NCBI GenBank assembly: GCA_002633005.1
Contig: NMRA01000015.1
Span: 852,127 to 916,126 of the forward strand
Direction: 5' to 3'
Origin: Phoronis australis
Taxonomy: Eukaryota > Animalia > Phoronida
Length of the DNA: 64,000 nt
The notes under the pieces are model-generated. The model was not told the DNA's origin. It worked only from the letters and a program-made list of their open reading frames with translations, and searched no databases. Both the position numbers and the translations under genes were made by a program. Below are positions 35,601 through 47,716 of the stretch, in pieces. Position 1 is the stretch's first letter; the number at the start of each line of letters is the position of its first letter.

Positions 35601-38600
35601 ATGGAGTTTGGTGCACGATGGAGATGCCATGTCAGTTCTTTAAAATGCAAAATCTTTTCCTGAAGGTCTGCGTGACCGACGTTGAAATGCATTCTGGATA
35701 GTTTTCAAAATGACGCTTAATTCCTACTGACAACCTGAAAAAGACACTCCTCGAACAAACTATTCTCGTGTTTTTTGTTTTAGTGTTTTTTTTTGCTAAC
35801 ATAGCATCATAATGATAGGGGAGGATCGCCGTCGAGAGTTGTGAAATAATTAAATTCAGTGAAAGTGTTGGCCAACCCAGTCACAATTGGTAGCTTTTCG
35901 CCACTCTTCTTCACATGCCAATGCCATTTGGAAAAGGATGCCGTTTTTATCATTTGTACATGTAAATATGAATGATCTACTGAGATTCTGGCTCTGTGTA
36001 TGCATAGAGTAGGTCCCGTCCAGGGGCGTATGAGGTCACATCACGTGACCTGCTGTAGTAATTACAAGTCTGAAAATATTGCTGCTCCGACTTTCTACAA
36101 TTCATGTTGACGCATTTACGCGGATTGTATGACCACAAATTACTGTGTAGGGTACATGTACATGCACTGCCTCCTCCCTGCATATATATTTTTTAAAACG
36201 ATTACTGAAGGAGGTCGTTCAAAAGAAATTCGAAAGTGCTTTAGGTACAGTGTTTCGTCATAATGTACAATACAGCGTAAAACGCAGCCTCGTTTAGCAA
36301 CAGCGGTCACGTGGTATGAGAGTTGTACCTTGGCAAAGAAGTCGTCACAAATTTGTACTTTTTGTACCACTGAAGTGGAAGTGAAAATTTGCGCGAAGAC
36401 AATGCAAAATGATAGCAGTAACAGTCTCGTTATAGGCTGAACGACGTCCCTAAAAACTAAAATATGTAAATCTTAAAGAGATTGCCTTCATTTATTTAAT
36501 AAGGCCAATGTTCACATCCCTTATTCTTCAATTTGTTTAAATAAAATGTCCCCTGTGTTCACTGAGCCTGGATGACAGGTAGGAGCCAGCTATTGGGATG
36601 ATTCCGTATCAATAATGAAATTATGATGTAATAATTGATCAGTCACCGACCGCTTTTTTGAAAATACCTTGACATCGATCCGTCTTGGAATGTAATACTC
36701 GTCCTTCTTATTGTTCACAATTATTCCTGATTTTGATGCCGGTACCGTCCCTGAAACTTTCAGCTCTGTGCGATATGCATTCAGCCTTTTGAGAAGTAAA
36801 TGGTACGTTGAGCAAACACTAGAGGGCATGTTGCCAACGACGTTCCGGATGATGTCACCGACTTTGAATTGGAGCTCTTTCGACATGTAATCAAGCACAT
36901 CGCCATGAAGACTGTCCGCGGGCAATCTGTTTGGAAACGCCACCTTCTGGATGGAGCCACATGGACCTGTAAGGGAAACATTTTTTTCTGTTTTGGTTCT
37001 TAAAATGTCGAGGAAACAGTTTGAACTACAATAATTCCGCCAATTCTGCAATTGTATGAACTATTTTATCTAATATGGTGAAAGGCGGACCCTGAGGGCA
37101 AAAGCACAAAAACAAAAAAGGTGGAAACCACTCATTTCGCAACTGTCGCCACACGTTCCAGAAACTTGATATCATTCAGTTAAGCTCCTAAATAGGGTAT
37201 GGACATCGCCGAGCATGCGCGCTCAAATGGCGGCAGTAACAAGAATTTTGTGAGTATGGTGAGCTGAGTCACGTTACAATACACCTTATTCACGCAGTCG
37301 CCATTTAAAAAGAAAGCCTCTTTTTAGGTTTAAAAACAATGCATTCTGCGCTTAATCACAGCGCAAAGCATGATTCAAAGTTTCAAATGCATTGTTTTTT
37401 TATACCTAAAAGGAGCTCACTACTAAAGTGGAGACTGAGTGAATAAGGTCTACACGCTTTCGCCCACTAATATGTTATAACTTCATAATACTTCATGTTT
37501 CACAACAAATGATTGCATTAAAACGGTTACTATTCCGCTTTCATTAACAAAAAGCAACCTGTTCGATTATATTTACCTTAATGAAGTGCTTTGCCTTCCC
37601 TGAACAATGCACGTTAATTATTACAACACCTGACAACACCTAACAACAGTCGCCCATTATAATTGTTTATACTACGTTTATGATAATTGCTATGAACGGT
37701 TCGGTTTTGAGGGTAATACCCATCGACCCATGTACTGAGTTAGAGTTGAGGGAGACATAGGAGCTCGTACCTCCCCGTTTGTATTGGCCCTAAACCTCAC
37801 CCGACCATGCAGCCTCCCGGGGTGATTAGTATTAAAATTAAGGCGATCACTATGATTGTCATTGTCATGGAAATGTGGTGGTTAGACATGGTTGCATGAC
37901 AGAAATCATTTACGCCGCTAACGTATTTCCTTTTCCTACCTCAAGAGAGGATAAATTGATATTGATTAATCAGAGACGCAAAGCAAGTTTCTCATAAGTT
38001 TTGGCGAGACAACGCAAGTCTGCACCCTCGCAATGCAATACAGGCGAAGCGCGTGATCCCAATAGCTTCCAATGGCCAGTAGTTTCCGGTACGTAACAGG
38101 TTCTATGTTTGCCTATCCTCTGACACAGCGCCACCTATACTGAAAAGTGGCCCTGTGCCATCACGCAGTGGCACGCCCTTTAGCATTGGTTGATGTAACC
38201 TCAGCAGTCATAGGTTAGCTTTATAACAACGTGAAAAATGGCGGACTGTGAACGATTTTTAGCCTTGTCATGCAAGTGGCGTCGCAGCAACTATTTCGTT
38301 TCTGCAGTGATATTTATTTGTCTCATGCTTGAAGCACATACATGTACAATAAACACATATCTGGCCGATTTAACCGGTGTGCAATTCATACTGCATGAAT
38401 ACAGGGCAGTCTCGTGAATAAAAGTCATCGACAGTAGAAAGATTCACTCCGAAAAGGTGCAACCACAATTTCTAGGAGTCACATTTCCTGAACATGAATT
38501 TTAAGCACCGATTTGTCTTACAACAGACCACATTCCCACTTCAGACCATCAGTCATGCCAGTTTGTTTGCGTAAAGCGCTGCCTGTTGATAAATCGACTA

Positions 38601-41600
38601 GCCAATCAGAAACGCCGACGTAAAAAAAATTCCCGAGAAGAATTAAGTGGTACCTGCGTGCTGGCTACCGACCACCAAGCGGAACCAGCGAGTGTGGAAA
38701 CATGATGAACGGCACACAGAATTCCGTGAGTGGGCATCAATGCGCATGCTTGGTCGGACGTTTATCTGTCACATCGCCACCACTTGCATACGCCTTCTAT
38801 GCACTCCATGTTTGGGCTTAGCTATGGGTTCGGGGTTCCTTTGATATTGTTTACTTCCATCATTGCCCGTTTTAATAAATTGCAACTATTCAAGTCAAAG
38901 GTGGTCGCCATACTACGTAACAGTAAACTGAAAGGGATTTCCAAGATTTCAACCAAAGGGAATGACTAAATGTGATGACGTCGGTTTCATTACATTAACC
39001 AATGAAGCCATAATGAACAACAATTCCACAGTGCTACTTTTCGTAGCACTGTGAAAGAGTGTAGTGTTTGCTATCTGGCAATGCAGACCTATTCATTCTC
39101 ATGAACACTTTATTGTCTTGGTGACACTGAGCTAATTTGTTCGCTCGTCGGTGGCACTATTTGGTGTCAGAATATGTTGAAATTACTTATTTATGACATT
39201 TCGGACAGCGTTATAGTCAGTAATTAGCTCTAATTATAGTGTATAGTACTCCAACTAAGAAATCATTCATGTACCTGTCGTAATCCACGGGTGTTCCATG
39301 GCTTCCTTGACACTAATTCGTGCTTCGGGGACGGGGTTGAGCAGTTTTCGTAAAAGGTCACGGCAGTCTGGATCAAAAAAGCGTGAAATAATCAAAATGA
39401 AGATAAGTAGAACAGTACTTGCCCTAGTAAACAACGCTCAAATTTCTCAAAACTCGACATCAGACTCATCACAGTCTGCATAACGCAACAAGTGTCTAAC
39501 TGCCTGGTCACACACTAATTGAATATTCTTTCGCAGGTCATTTAATGTGCCCCCCTAGCACAAAATAAATCCAAAACAGCGATGAATCAACGTAGTGTTT
39601 CCCATAGTCGACTTAAAAGTTTTGGAGATTTCTGTCCACTTAAATTGAATGTATACGACATAACTTGGGTAAAGTCCAGAAATCAACTCATGTAATTTTG
39701 TACATTGCTGGTAACAGTGAACCTCACATTTGTATTGGGTCTGAATAAATTTTCTCCCCGGCCTTGATCTCGGTTAACACTAAAACAAGCGGGCTACGTT
39801 ATCAGCACTTACTTATAGATGCATGTGCTGGCATAGGATTCATATCTCCTTTTAGCATCTTGTTCAATAGCGATTTGATATGGAATGGGTCGACGGTATA
39901 AGGTAAGTTACCAGTCAGCATAGCGTACATATTTACTCCTCTGAAAAGGAATTGACGCATTATCACATAAGAGATTGTATAATATACTTAAAAACTCACG
40001 ATAGTGAAATAAATTGCAGAAGACCAATGGCCTTACACCTAAGTTGTAGTTTTCAATAGTTCACTTTTTCATAATTCTTTTAATAAAAAGGGGATGTTTT
40101 TAAAGAGCTTGATAGCGTTAAACGCCGTTTGTATAACGTCCTCGTGCACAACGTCGTTAACACCTTCCACGAAGGTCAGAAATTTGATTTCAAAAACTAA
40201 GTTTAGTAACCATATCACGGGTCACAAACATAATTTCCCTAAAAGTGTTAAAATTCACAGTAGCCCCAGCTTCTATCAAAAATTAACTTTTTATTAGTCC
40301 ACTTGCTGTCATGACTCGTTTGAACTTGCTTCTTACTCGGATGAGAATTGATTTCTGACCTTGGAAAGTTCTGACAACTCATTATTGGCCAAGGTCAAGG
40401 TCAGGTTCAGCAAGTTGGCTTAAACTATCAGAAATCCTTTTGTGGCGAACAATAACGAACTGTCTTTCCAAAGCCAAGAAATGACTTATAATTTGAAGAA
40501 GGAACAAACCGACCAGGTTTACAACGGTGTGTGACATAAATAAAAATTCACTATGTCACCTGTAAATAGTTCTATGCCGTTCAAAAACAAATTCGTGTCA
40601 AATAAACCACTCACATGCTCCACACGTCAACTGACGGTCCGTACTTTTGGTGAGCTAGCAATTCAGGCGCTGCGTACGCAGGGCTTCCGCACTGAGTGAC
40701 CAGCAACTCATCAATACGGTGTTCTCCGCCGGGCGTCTTCGTCACCTTGACAGAGTTGCTTAGGCCAAAATCTGAAACAGATAAATTCACTTTCCATTTT
40801 TTTAATTAGCTACTTTGCTGCGAAATGAGTTTTACCGTAATCAAACAGTGCGAAAAGTGGGAGTTAAACTCAAATTACCAATGCGCAAAGTCGGAGTAGC
40901 ATTAGTCTTCCATCCTTGTCATAAGAAGATTAGAGAATGATCAAATTCCCCGATCATTAATGAAATGATTGAATCCCGTTGCATAAGCTTTCCCTCAATG
41001 TTACTCATTCTTCACCTAACACACTTACCAATGATTTTTATATTCACGTTTTCATCAAAGAGTAAATTTTCTATTTTCAGGTCCCTGAAACAAGAATTTG
41101 ACACGTCATTTTAGTAAGTTAAGGAAAACAAGATATTATGATAAAATACTTCATGTTCGGTTCCAAAAATTCAAAATTAACTCAAAATTTTCGATAACCT
41201 ATCATCGCCGGTGCCACGATCTTTATTAGTGTCATCGTAGACATATAATCCATGGTGACGTCATGTAGTTGTCACGCTGCTGTACAGCGCCCTCAACATG
41301 TAATCCTGTCGGTTCTGCATGTGTGATTTGCTTCAAATTTTGATAGGAACGGGTGGATTCCTTGATTTTACCCTTCTAATCAGTTGTCGAAAATCTCTGA
41401 AATAGACTTATTTTGAATTTCTGGAAGTAAATATGGAATTCTTTATCATGCATTCAAGCACTTTGATGCTATTTACTAAAGATACTGTTACTGCTGACAG
41501 TGTGTTGACAGATGTCGATCTGTCGATCTTTTCGCATGAAAGCGAGCTAAAATACGCCAAGTCTCAATGTCAGACGTTGAACCATCGCCACCCTATGCAA

Positions 41601-44600
41601 TGTTTGTCATTTCCAAATGACGTATATTGTTTCTATTACGAACGGTGCCACTGCGGAGGCACGCCGTAACTGACGAATGTGGACATGTCGCACCAAATGA
41701 TCATGCGACGCGACGACAAAACAAATCTCATTTGTTATTTCTGTATACGTAAATATCTGGCTACAATAGAATATCGATAGTATCTGCTTGAGCTACCACG
41801 TTTTTTCCTCAAGAAATGATTACAACTGTACCCTTTATCTTGAAAAAAGAAAACTATGATTGCAACATCTGTTTATAAGTGGGGCTACGCCACAGTTCCT
41901 TCGGACATTATAACTGAGCGAATTCTATAAATAGTATCTTTCATATTTTATGAACGCGCGTATTTCTCATCAAATCACATGTTTTGTCATGGCAACTTGC
42001 TCGGGGCAATGTACCTCATAATTAGAAATGATTGCATGCATTCTTTTAAGAAGTCGGCAACTCTAAATTCAACAAATCTATAAGGAAGTCGCAGCTTCTA
42101 ACTTGCTCTAAATGCTTCGCAGCTTTCAGTTTCTGCGTTTCAAGATTTTCATTAAGTTCATTGCTTTACAAAATCTTCCGTTCAACTTACACGATCTGAA
42201 AATCTGAGGCATTCTCAAGAATAACATGCCTTTCAGTAGTGCGATCGCACTAGAATTCTTAGTTGTACGAGTGTCATACGATTGTATTTCATAAGGTGAT
42301 CGCACGACACTCCTATGGGCAACTCACGACATTCTGAAGAAGGAAGATTTCACGACATTCGGCACGTCTAATTCTTTATTGGTCAATATGCTACGAGGTC
42401 AACAGGTGTGTTTTAGTCAGTTGAACGTAAAGTGCATGACTCTTCAACCTTAACGGGAAATTATTAGAGTTGCTATAAGACAAAGAAATATGTTATAAAA
42501 TTTGTGGTAATGCGTTTTATTATAACCGCCAACTCTCGCCGTTGTCTGCCAGACATTCGCTGAAACCAAAGCTATTACCTGTGCACTAGCATGCTACCGA
42601 GGCGGATGTAGGTTCGAATCCGTGCTCAGGCTTGTCTCAGAACATAACTTTACTCGACGATACTTACCCTAACTGGCGTAACAAACGCCGGTTGAGAGCA
42701 TTATGTCCACTCCGCACAATGTCTCTCAAGCAGGGAAGTTCAGTTCTTTTTGTTTAAAGTACATGTAAACTTATTTCCGTATCTCAGCAAGGTTATCTCA
42801 AAAGGAACATTGTGCAATTGATCTGGCGACCTATACGACCTCAGATTTTGTTTGGCGACAGGGTAAAAATTCCAAATAGTTTCATCATCGTTAAAATATC
42901 CGTTGTCGTCGTCCTTCGTAGTCATGGTTGTCGTCATGGCGCCACCGCTGTGTATTCAGTGTTTCCTCACCTGTGCAACACACCAGCTGAGTGTAGGTAA
43001 TACACGGCTGACAGGATTTGTTTGATGTACTTGCGGACTTCCTGCTCGTCCAGCGCTCTCTTTGAACATATCCGGTCAATCAGTTCTCCGCCTTCACACA
43101 ACTCTGTGACAATGTAATAACTGTGTTCGGTCTCCATGGTTTCGTACAGTTTGATGATGTTAGGATGTCTAAACATTTGAAGTAGTCGCGTCTCTCGCTT
43201 GAGGTTCTTTCGAATGTAAGCATCGGCCTTGACTTTTCTTTTGTCGATTATTTTCACAGCCACCTTAATTTTCAGAAAATAAAACAAGAAAACATTTTGG
43301 TTTGTCTACAGCAAGGTACCAGGGCCTGTTTCTATTAACTTGGCGATTATATATCTCAGTGAAACAGGTTTGCTTTTACTTCCTTGTGATGTCAAATGAG
43401 CAAAACAATTCTGGAGTATTGTATCAAAAGACAAAAATGTCACGACATTTCCTTCAGAAAGATTTTGGGATTTTGTAACAATTTTATGGACCAAAAATAA
43501 GAAGCAACTTGCTGCCGCCGCCGCCGCCCCGGCTGTGGAAACGGAAAATCTCGTATTTTTAGCTCAGGTTGGGTTTGCCACGCATTCAGAGACCCTAGTT
43601 GGAGTCGTCTGCTTCATGAATGTGACATTAAAATTAAGACAGCAATTTGTTGTTACACTCCCAGTTCACAATAGCAGCAAAAAGTTTTAGCCAAGTTGTT
43701 GTGAGTGCATCTCAGTCTAGAAATAATTTATAGAAATAATCTCAGTAACTTTGGCAGTTATGTGCGCGTTCTCAGATACTTCGGACTTTTGCACTAGTGA
43801 GATTTAATTATTTTTTACAAATTGTTGTGGGGAGCGTAAGATCAAGTCACTTTCATGAAACAGTGGAGCCAAGTAAAAATTCAGTTAACCGCAAAAACGT
43901 TTCTGTTTTTCGGTTAATTAACTGAACTTGTTGGAATTTAAAAACTAACAAGTTTCATCGCAGAAATGGTCATAATTATAAACGAGTAAACTTTATTGTT
44001 ATTTTTAAGACTTTTGAAACCAGTAACTGCGTACTAAATGTACGTGGTTCTATTAATTGCAAATTAACATTGTATAAAAAGGAAATGTAACCGTCACCCA
44101 AAAATGTGAGTGACAAACTGTGAACTGATTTAGCCCTATAACGAACTAGCGATTTTATCAGACAATCTAGTAACTCACTAAACACGCATTGCGCGATAAC
44201 ATGAGACACACTGGTCCCTTGCGATTTGAGCAAAGCAAACTGCACCTGATGCCACGCTCGAGGATAAATCGTCCGAATAATTACATCCTCTCACTTTCGA
44301 AAATGTATCCCTGAAAAGTCTCATAACAAAACAATTATGACTACTGGTGACGTCAAACGCTGTTACAGTTGTTTTGAATATGACGACAGGTCCTGGCTAT
44401 GATACTACAATAACAACTTATCAAAGTGACAATTATGAGATATTTTTCAAGCCAATTTCTGTTAGATTGTCTTATTATGTGGGTGTTCTTGTATAAGATG
44501 ATACGTCCTTTCAAATACAGGCGTTGCTGCAGAGAAAGATATCATGAACAAAAGACTATTTCGACACTCATCTTCACACTAGTTGGTGCACAGACAAAAT

Positions 44601-47600
44601 GGATTGGAATTCAAAACAAAATTATCCATGGAATCCCTAAATTTTAGTCAGCATGATTTATATTTTGTTAATTAGTTCGAAATCTATACGTTTAAGGTGG
44701 CACTGAACAGTTAGGCTGCAGCCGCCGCCAATTTGCAATGCCACAAATTAAACTTTGAGGGGTAGGCCAGGCTTGGGGACAGTTTTGAGGTAGGCGTTAC
44801 ATGTAGGCTCATTGAATCTGGTTTGTTTGTATTTTTGAACATTTGGGGCAAGAGAGAAGACCACTATCTCGTCTGTAGCTGCACTCTTGTCCAACTGATG
44901 GCGGCCCCTGTTGCATTTGTGCATTTTTAGGTACTAAGGAAGCGTCTGCGAGTTCAGGTAGCTCTCAAACAAGCCAGAATTGCAAAACTAGTTGATGCGA
45001 CAGTACTTTTGGACCACATTTTGGAATCTGTAGGGAATTTGTTTTCAGAAAAAAATGTTGGCTTTTGTTGCGCATCAACAGAGAAGTGGTAGTTTTTGGA
45101 TGAAAAGTGCCCATTTTTGTGGGTTTTGACTTGTTTTATTAGCCTACTTGTAGGAGTGGAAGGTCCAAAAATACAAGGCAGAATAACGTTTCTGTGCTCT
45201 AATGTGAAATGACTTTAAAAAATTCATTCTTTGCATACGACAGAGTAAAATAGAAGGTGAAAATTCCATACATGTGTTAAGAAAACCCAGTGAAAACTGT
45301 TTTGTGTCCCCTAAGCAGTTTTAAATTCTTCTGTCGCCGTCTGTCCTGCAGCCATCGCCGCCGTTACAGGTCATGGTGATGACATCCAAATCTAACTGAA
45401 TTGTGCACTGGGGAGGTTACTCTTTTGTTTAGAAGCACTGCTTTCGTGTCAGCCCGGTTATTACTATTTGTTTCTCCTATCTTGTAACTGCAAAATGTCC
45501 GTCTCCCGCGCCGTCATGTGTTCGATGGTGTAACTGTTAACAGTTTTTTTAAATAGTCATTTCGCTTTCCATTAACACAAATTTTGAGATTTTTAATAAA
45601 AACAAAAAAGTAATATATTTGACAGCCCCTCGTGCAAAACTGAAACATGTTATAAACATTTTAATGGAGTTTTGGAGAACAGCAGAGTATCTGGAAGTTT
45701 CATATGGATCCTGTTAAAATGATGGTCTAAAGTTAGTCAAATGAGGGTCTCGAAGTTAGTCAAATGAGGGTCCCGAAGTTAGCCAAATTATAGTCCAAAG
45801 TTAACCAAATGATGGTCCAAAGTAAGCAAAAGTTGAATATTTTCCTAGGGTCTTACATAACCTTAACATCACACTAATTTCTCTGCTGAATAATGAGATG
45901 CTCTTGCGCAGGTTCATTGGCATATAATTACTACGTGCCTGAGACTGATAACGACTATTAACTGCGTCAATGGTCTAATTGCCTATAGCCAGCCAGGTCT
46001 TAAAAGCAACCACGTTTCATACAAATGGTGTCAACACTCGTGATCAAGACGTGGAGCTCTGAAAATTTGCTTAATGCCCTACTCAAGCGTGTAATTTAAA
46101 TTTCCGAAACCAGAGCTATGCATTAAATTACGAGCTTATTGTTGTATGCGCTTACAAGATGCCAGGCAACGGGTTCAGAGTTCAAGGTTCGAGACAGTTC
46201 GTCTCATTTCGTTTACATGATGATTTATGAAGATTATAAAAAAGTAATTACGTTTGATCCTTTAAACCACTAGTTCTTAACCTGCATGGATATCTTTGAT
46301 AAGCAAAGAGACGTAGAAGATCTATATAGGTGAACGACTTATCCAAGGGAATATGTGGGACATGGCGCTGCGATATTTAGAACCTTAATGCGGACAAGTT
46401 TGCGTATTTAGCCTAACGTCTTCAACACTATAGCTTTTCACTTAGTAAAAGTATGTATTTTCTGAAAGTAGGAAACCTGTAAAATTTATTTTTTGTCCTA
46501 CTAATCCCTTGTTGATTGAGTCACGCCACCTCGTCTTTTTAGTAAATTAAGTTTAGCATTGTATGTATATTGATAACAAAATAACGGTATCAATAACGTT
46601 ATCAAATTTCACTAGATATAGATGTTCAAGGAGAGATCTGAAAATGTGCTGAGGTTTTCAAAAATGTCTTTCCCTTCGCATTTTTTGCAAATTCATGAAA
46701 ATCACCATTTTCTGTTTTTGATAGCCCCTCACGCATAAGTGAAACATGTTAAAAGGACAACATTACATAAAACATGATGTCTGAAAGTATCATATGATTC
46801 CCAGCAAACAGTTTCAGAGATATGACGTTCCAACGTTAGCCAAACATGGACATTTTTCTTTGGTTCTAAATAACCTTAGCTTTTCAGTAATGTTTTATCG
46901 ATAACTTCCATTCATGGATGCATGCATGTGAGCAATGACCTTTGAATTATAATCGTTTCCATGGCAAACATTAATTAAATGAGAATTACATACATTTTCG
47001 CATAACTTTAACGTTTCATTTCTCAATTCGGGTCGTGAGTATTGATCAAACTAGCGGAAGAGTAAACTAAAACGGTACTGAAAATAGACATTTTCCTGTT
47101 CAAGTTTTGTCAGAAATTCTGATTGTAGGTACCTCAGCTATTATTTTGTTGCGAGTATATTTAAAAAGCACGTCAGTAATAAAATTTAAAATGCACTACA
47201 GTGTACAGTCAATTACCGTTAAGCGAATTTTTCAGAGAGAAGGACTAGTTAACTACAAAATCCTAAAGTCCTTAACGATAAATTGTTACACTGATGATAA
47301 GAATTATTTCAATATGCACTAGTGCACCGAATTTAGCCAGAAAATGTGGCAATGTTTCCAGATATCAATTAGTTCCCAAAACGGAACTCGCCTACGTTTT
47401 TCTCTATAAAACGGTCCTGGTCTCAATGTAAGATGGATGAAGCTAACAATATTACCTTTTGTCCAGTTAAAGTGTGAAGCGCTTCCTTCACTTTAGCAAA
47501 CGAACCTTCTCCGAGCGTTTTGCCTATGAGGTAGTCTCCAACTCGTTTACTGTGCGGATACGTTCGCAGCAATTCACGGCGAAAGTCGAGCGCCTTACGA

Positions 47601-47716
47601 ATACGCTCCTGCGATTCCTCACTTTTGGTCTCACGGCTGCTGCGAGCCTGCATGACTTTACTTGGGACGCTGCTGCACGTGAGCCGAGCGTCTTCGGGTT
47701 GTGTGTCCACCGTCAT
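31985..47716 (-). CDS. HUNK: HUNK-like AMPK-related Ser/Thr kinase, 9 coding exons, ~750 aa
   Basis: Exons 47456-47716, 42971-43263, 41029-41084, 40615-40771, 39813-39940, 39275-39367, 36668-36966, 34973-35309 and 31985-32613 splice in frame (2253 nt). Motifs: [57 protein letters not shown], then a UBA-like segment. HSKRVGDYL and [14 protein letters not shown] resemble HUNK. Confidence 0.85.
32770..34845 (-). repeat. Unclassified interspersed repeat interrupted by the Kolobok-like element
   Basis: 32770-32815 plus 34511-34845 are the reverse complement of parts of 38124-39053. Confidence 0.6.
32816..34506 (+). mobile_element. Non-autonomous Kolobok-like transposon with a THAP-domain fossil
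   Basis: TTAA on both flanks; TIR AGGAGAATGCCACC / GGTGGCATGCTCCT. 32989-33176 reads [39 protein letters not shown]..(shift)..HIRVCGL. An ~110-bp internal tandem duplication lies at 33437-33648. Confidence 0.78.
34973..35309 (-). CDS. HUNK: HUNK-like kinase exon 8
   Basis: TTTTAG|GTTTT ... ACTCCAG|GTTTG; 337 bp; phases fit the neighbouring exons. Confidence 0.7.
36668..36966 (-). CDS. HUNK: HUNK-like kinase exon 7 (UBA-like region)
   Basis: TTACAG|GTCCA ... GTCAAG|GTATT; FPNRL...[40 protein letters not shown]. Confidence 0.82.
37283..37449. mobile_element. Palindromic MITE
   Basis: ACCTTATTCACGCAGTCGCCATTT / AAAGTGGAGACTGAGTGAATAAGGT, with imperfect complementarity extending inward. Confidence 0.55.
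38124..39053 (+). repeat. Unclassified interspersed repeat with a terminal hairpin
   Basis: Paralog of 32770-34845; perfect stem CACAGTGCTAC-TTTTC-GTAGCACTGTG at 39027-39053. Confidence 0.55.
39275..39367 (-). CDS. HUNK: HUNK-like kinase exon 6
   Basis: [30 protein letters not shown]; AG/GT flanks. Confidence 0.88.
39813..39940 (-). CDS. HUNK: HUNK-like kinase exon 5
   Basis: [42 protein letters not shown]; AG / GTAAGT. Confidence 0.9.
40615..40771 (-). CDS. HUNK: HUNK-like kinase exon 4 (DFG to APE)
   Basis: [53 protein letters not shown]; AG / GTGAGT. Confidence 0.92.
41029..41084 (-). CDS. HUNK: HUNK-like kinase exon 3 (catalytic loop)
   Basis: [18 protein letters not shown]; 56 bp; AG / GTAAGT. 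Confidence 0.9.
42586..42740 (+). mobile_element. Probable tRNA-derived SINE fragment
   Basis: Pol III B-box GGTTCGAATCC at 42611-42621 with no cloverleaf; boundaries approximate. Confidence 0.35.
42971..43263 (-). CDS. HUNK: HUNK-like kinase exon 2
   Basis: [41 protein letters not shown]...AGVLHR; AAG / GTGAG. Confidence 0.92.
45717..45830. repeat. ~22-bp degenerate tandem repeat, ~5 copies
   Basis: AAATGAGGGTCYCGAAGTTAGYC-like units. Confidence 0.7.
46372..46878. mobile_element. Degenerate MITE (partial second copy at ~45560-45865)
   Basis: ATATTTAGAACC / GGTTCTAAATAACC inverted ends; shared AGCCCCTC..GCA.AA.TGAAACATG core. Confidence 0.4.
47456..47716 (-). CDS. HUNK: HUNK-like kinase exon 1
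   Basis: ATG at 47716; [35 protein letters not shown]|GTAAT. Confidence 0.9.

Noticed and set aside
38124-39053. CACAGCG...CACTGTG ends as RSS-like or RAG/Transib transposon termini
   Set aside because: There is no 5-bp TSD (TCTGA versus AAAGA), no nonamer or extended TIR, and no RAG-like ORF. The CACTGTG is one arm of a local hairpin.
42601-42640. tRNA gene
   Set aside because: Only a B-box is present, with no acceptor stem or cloverleaf.
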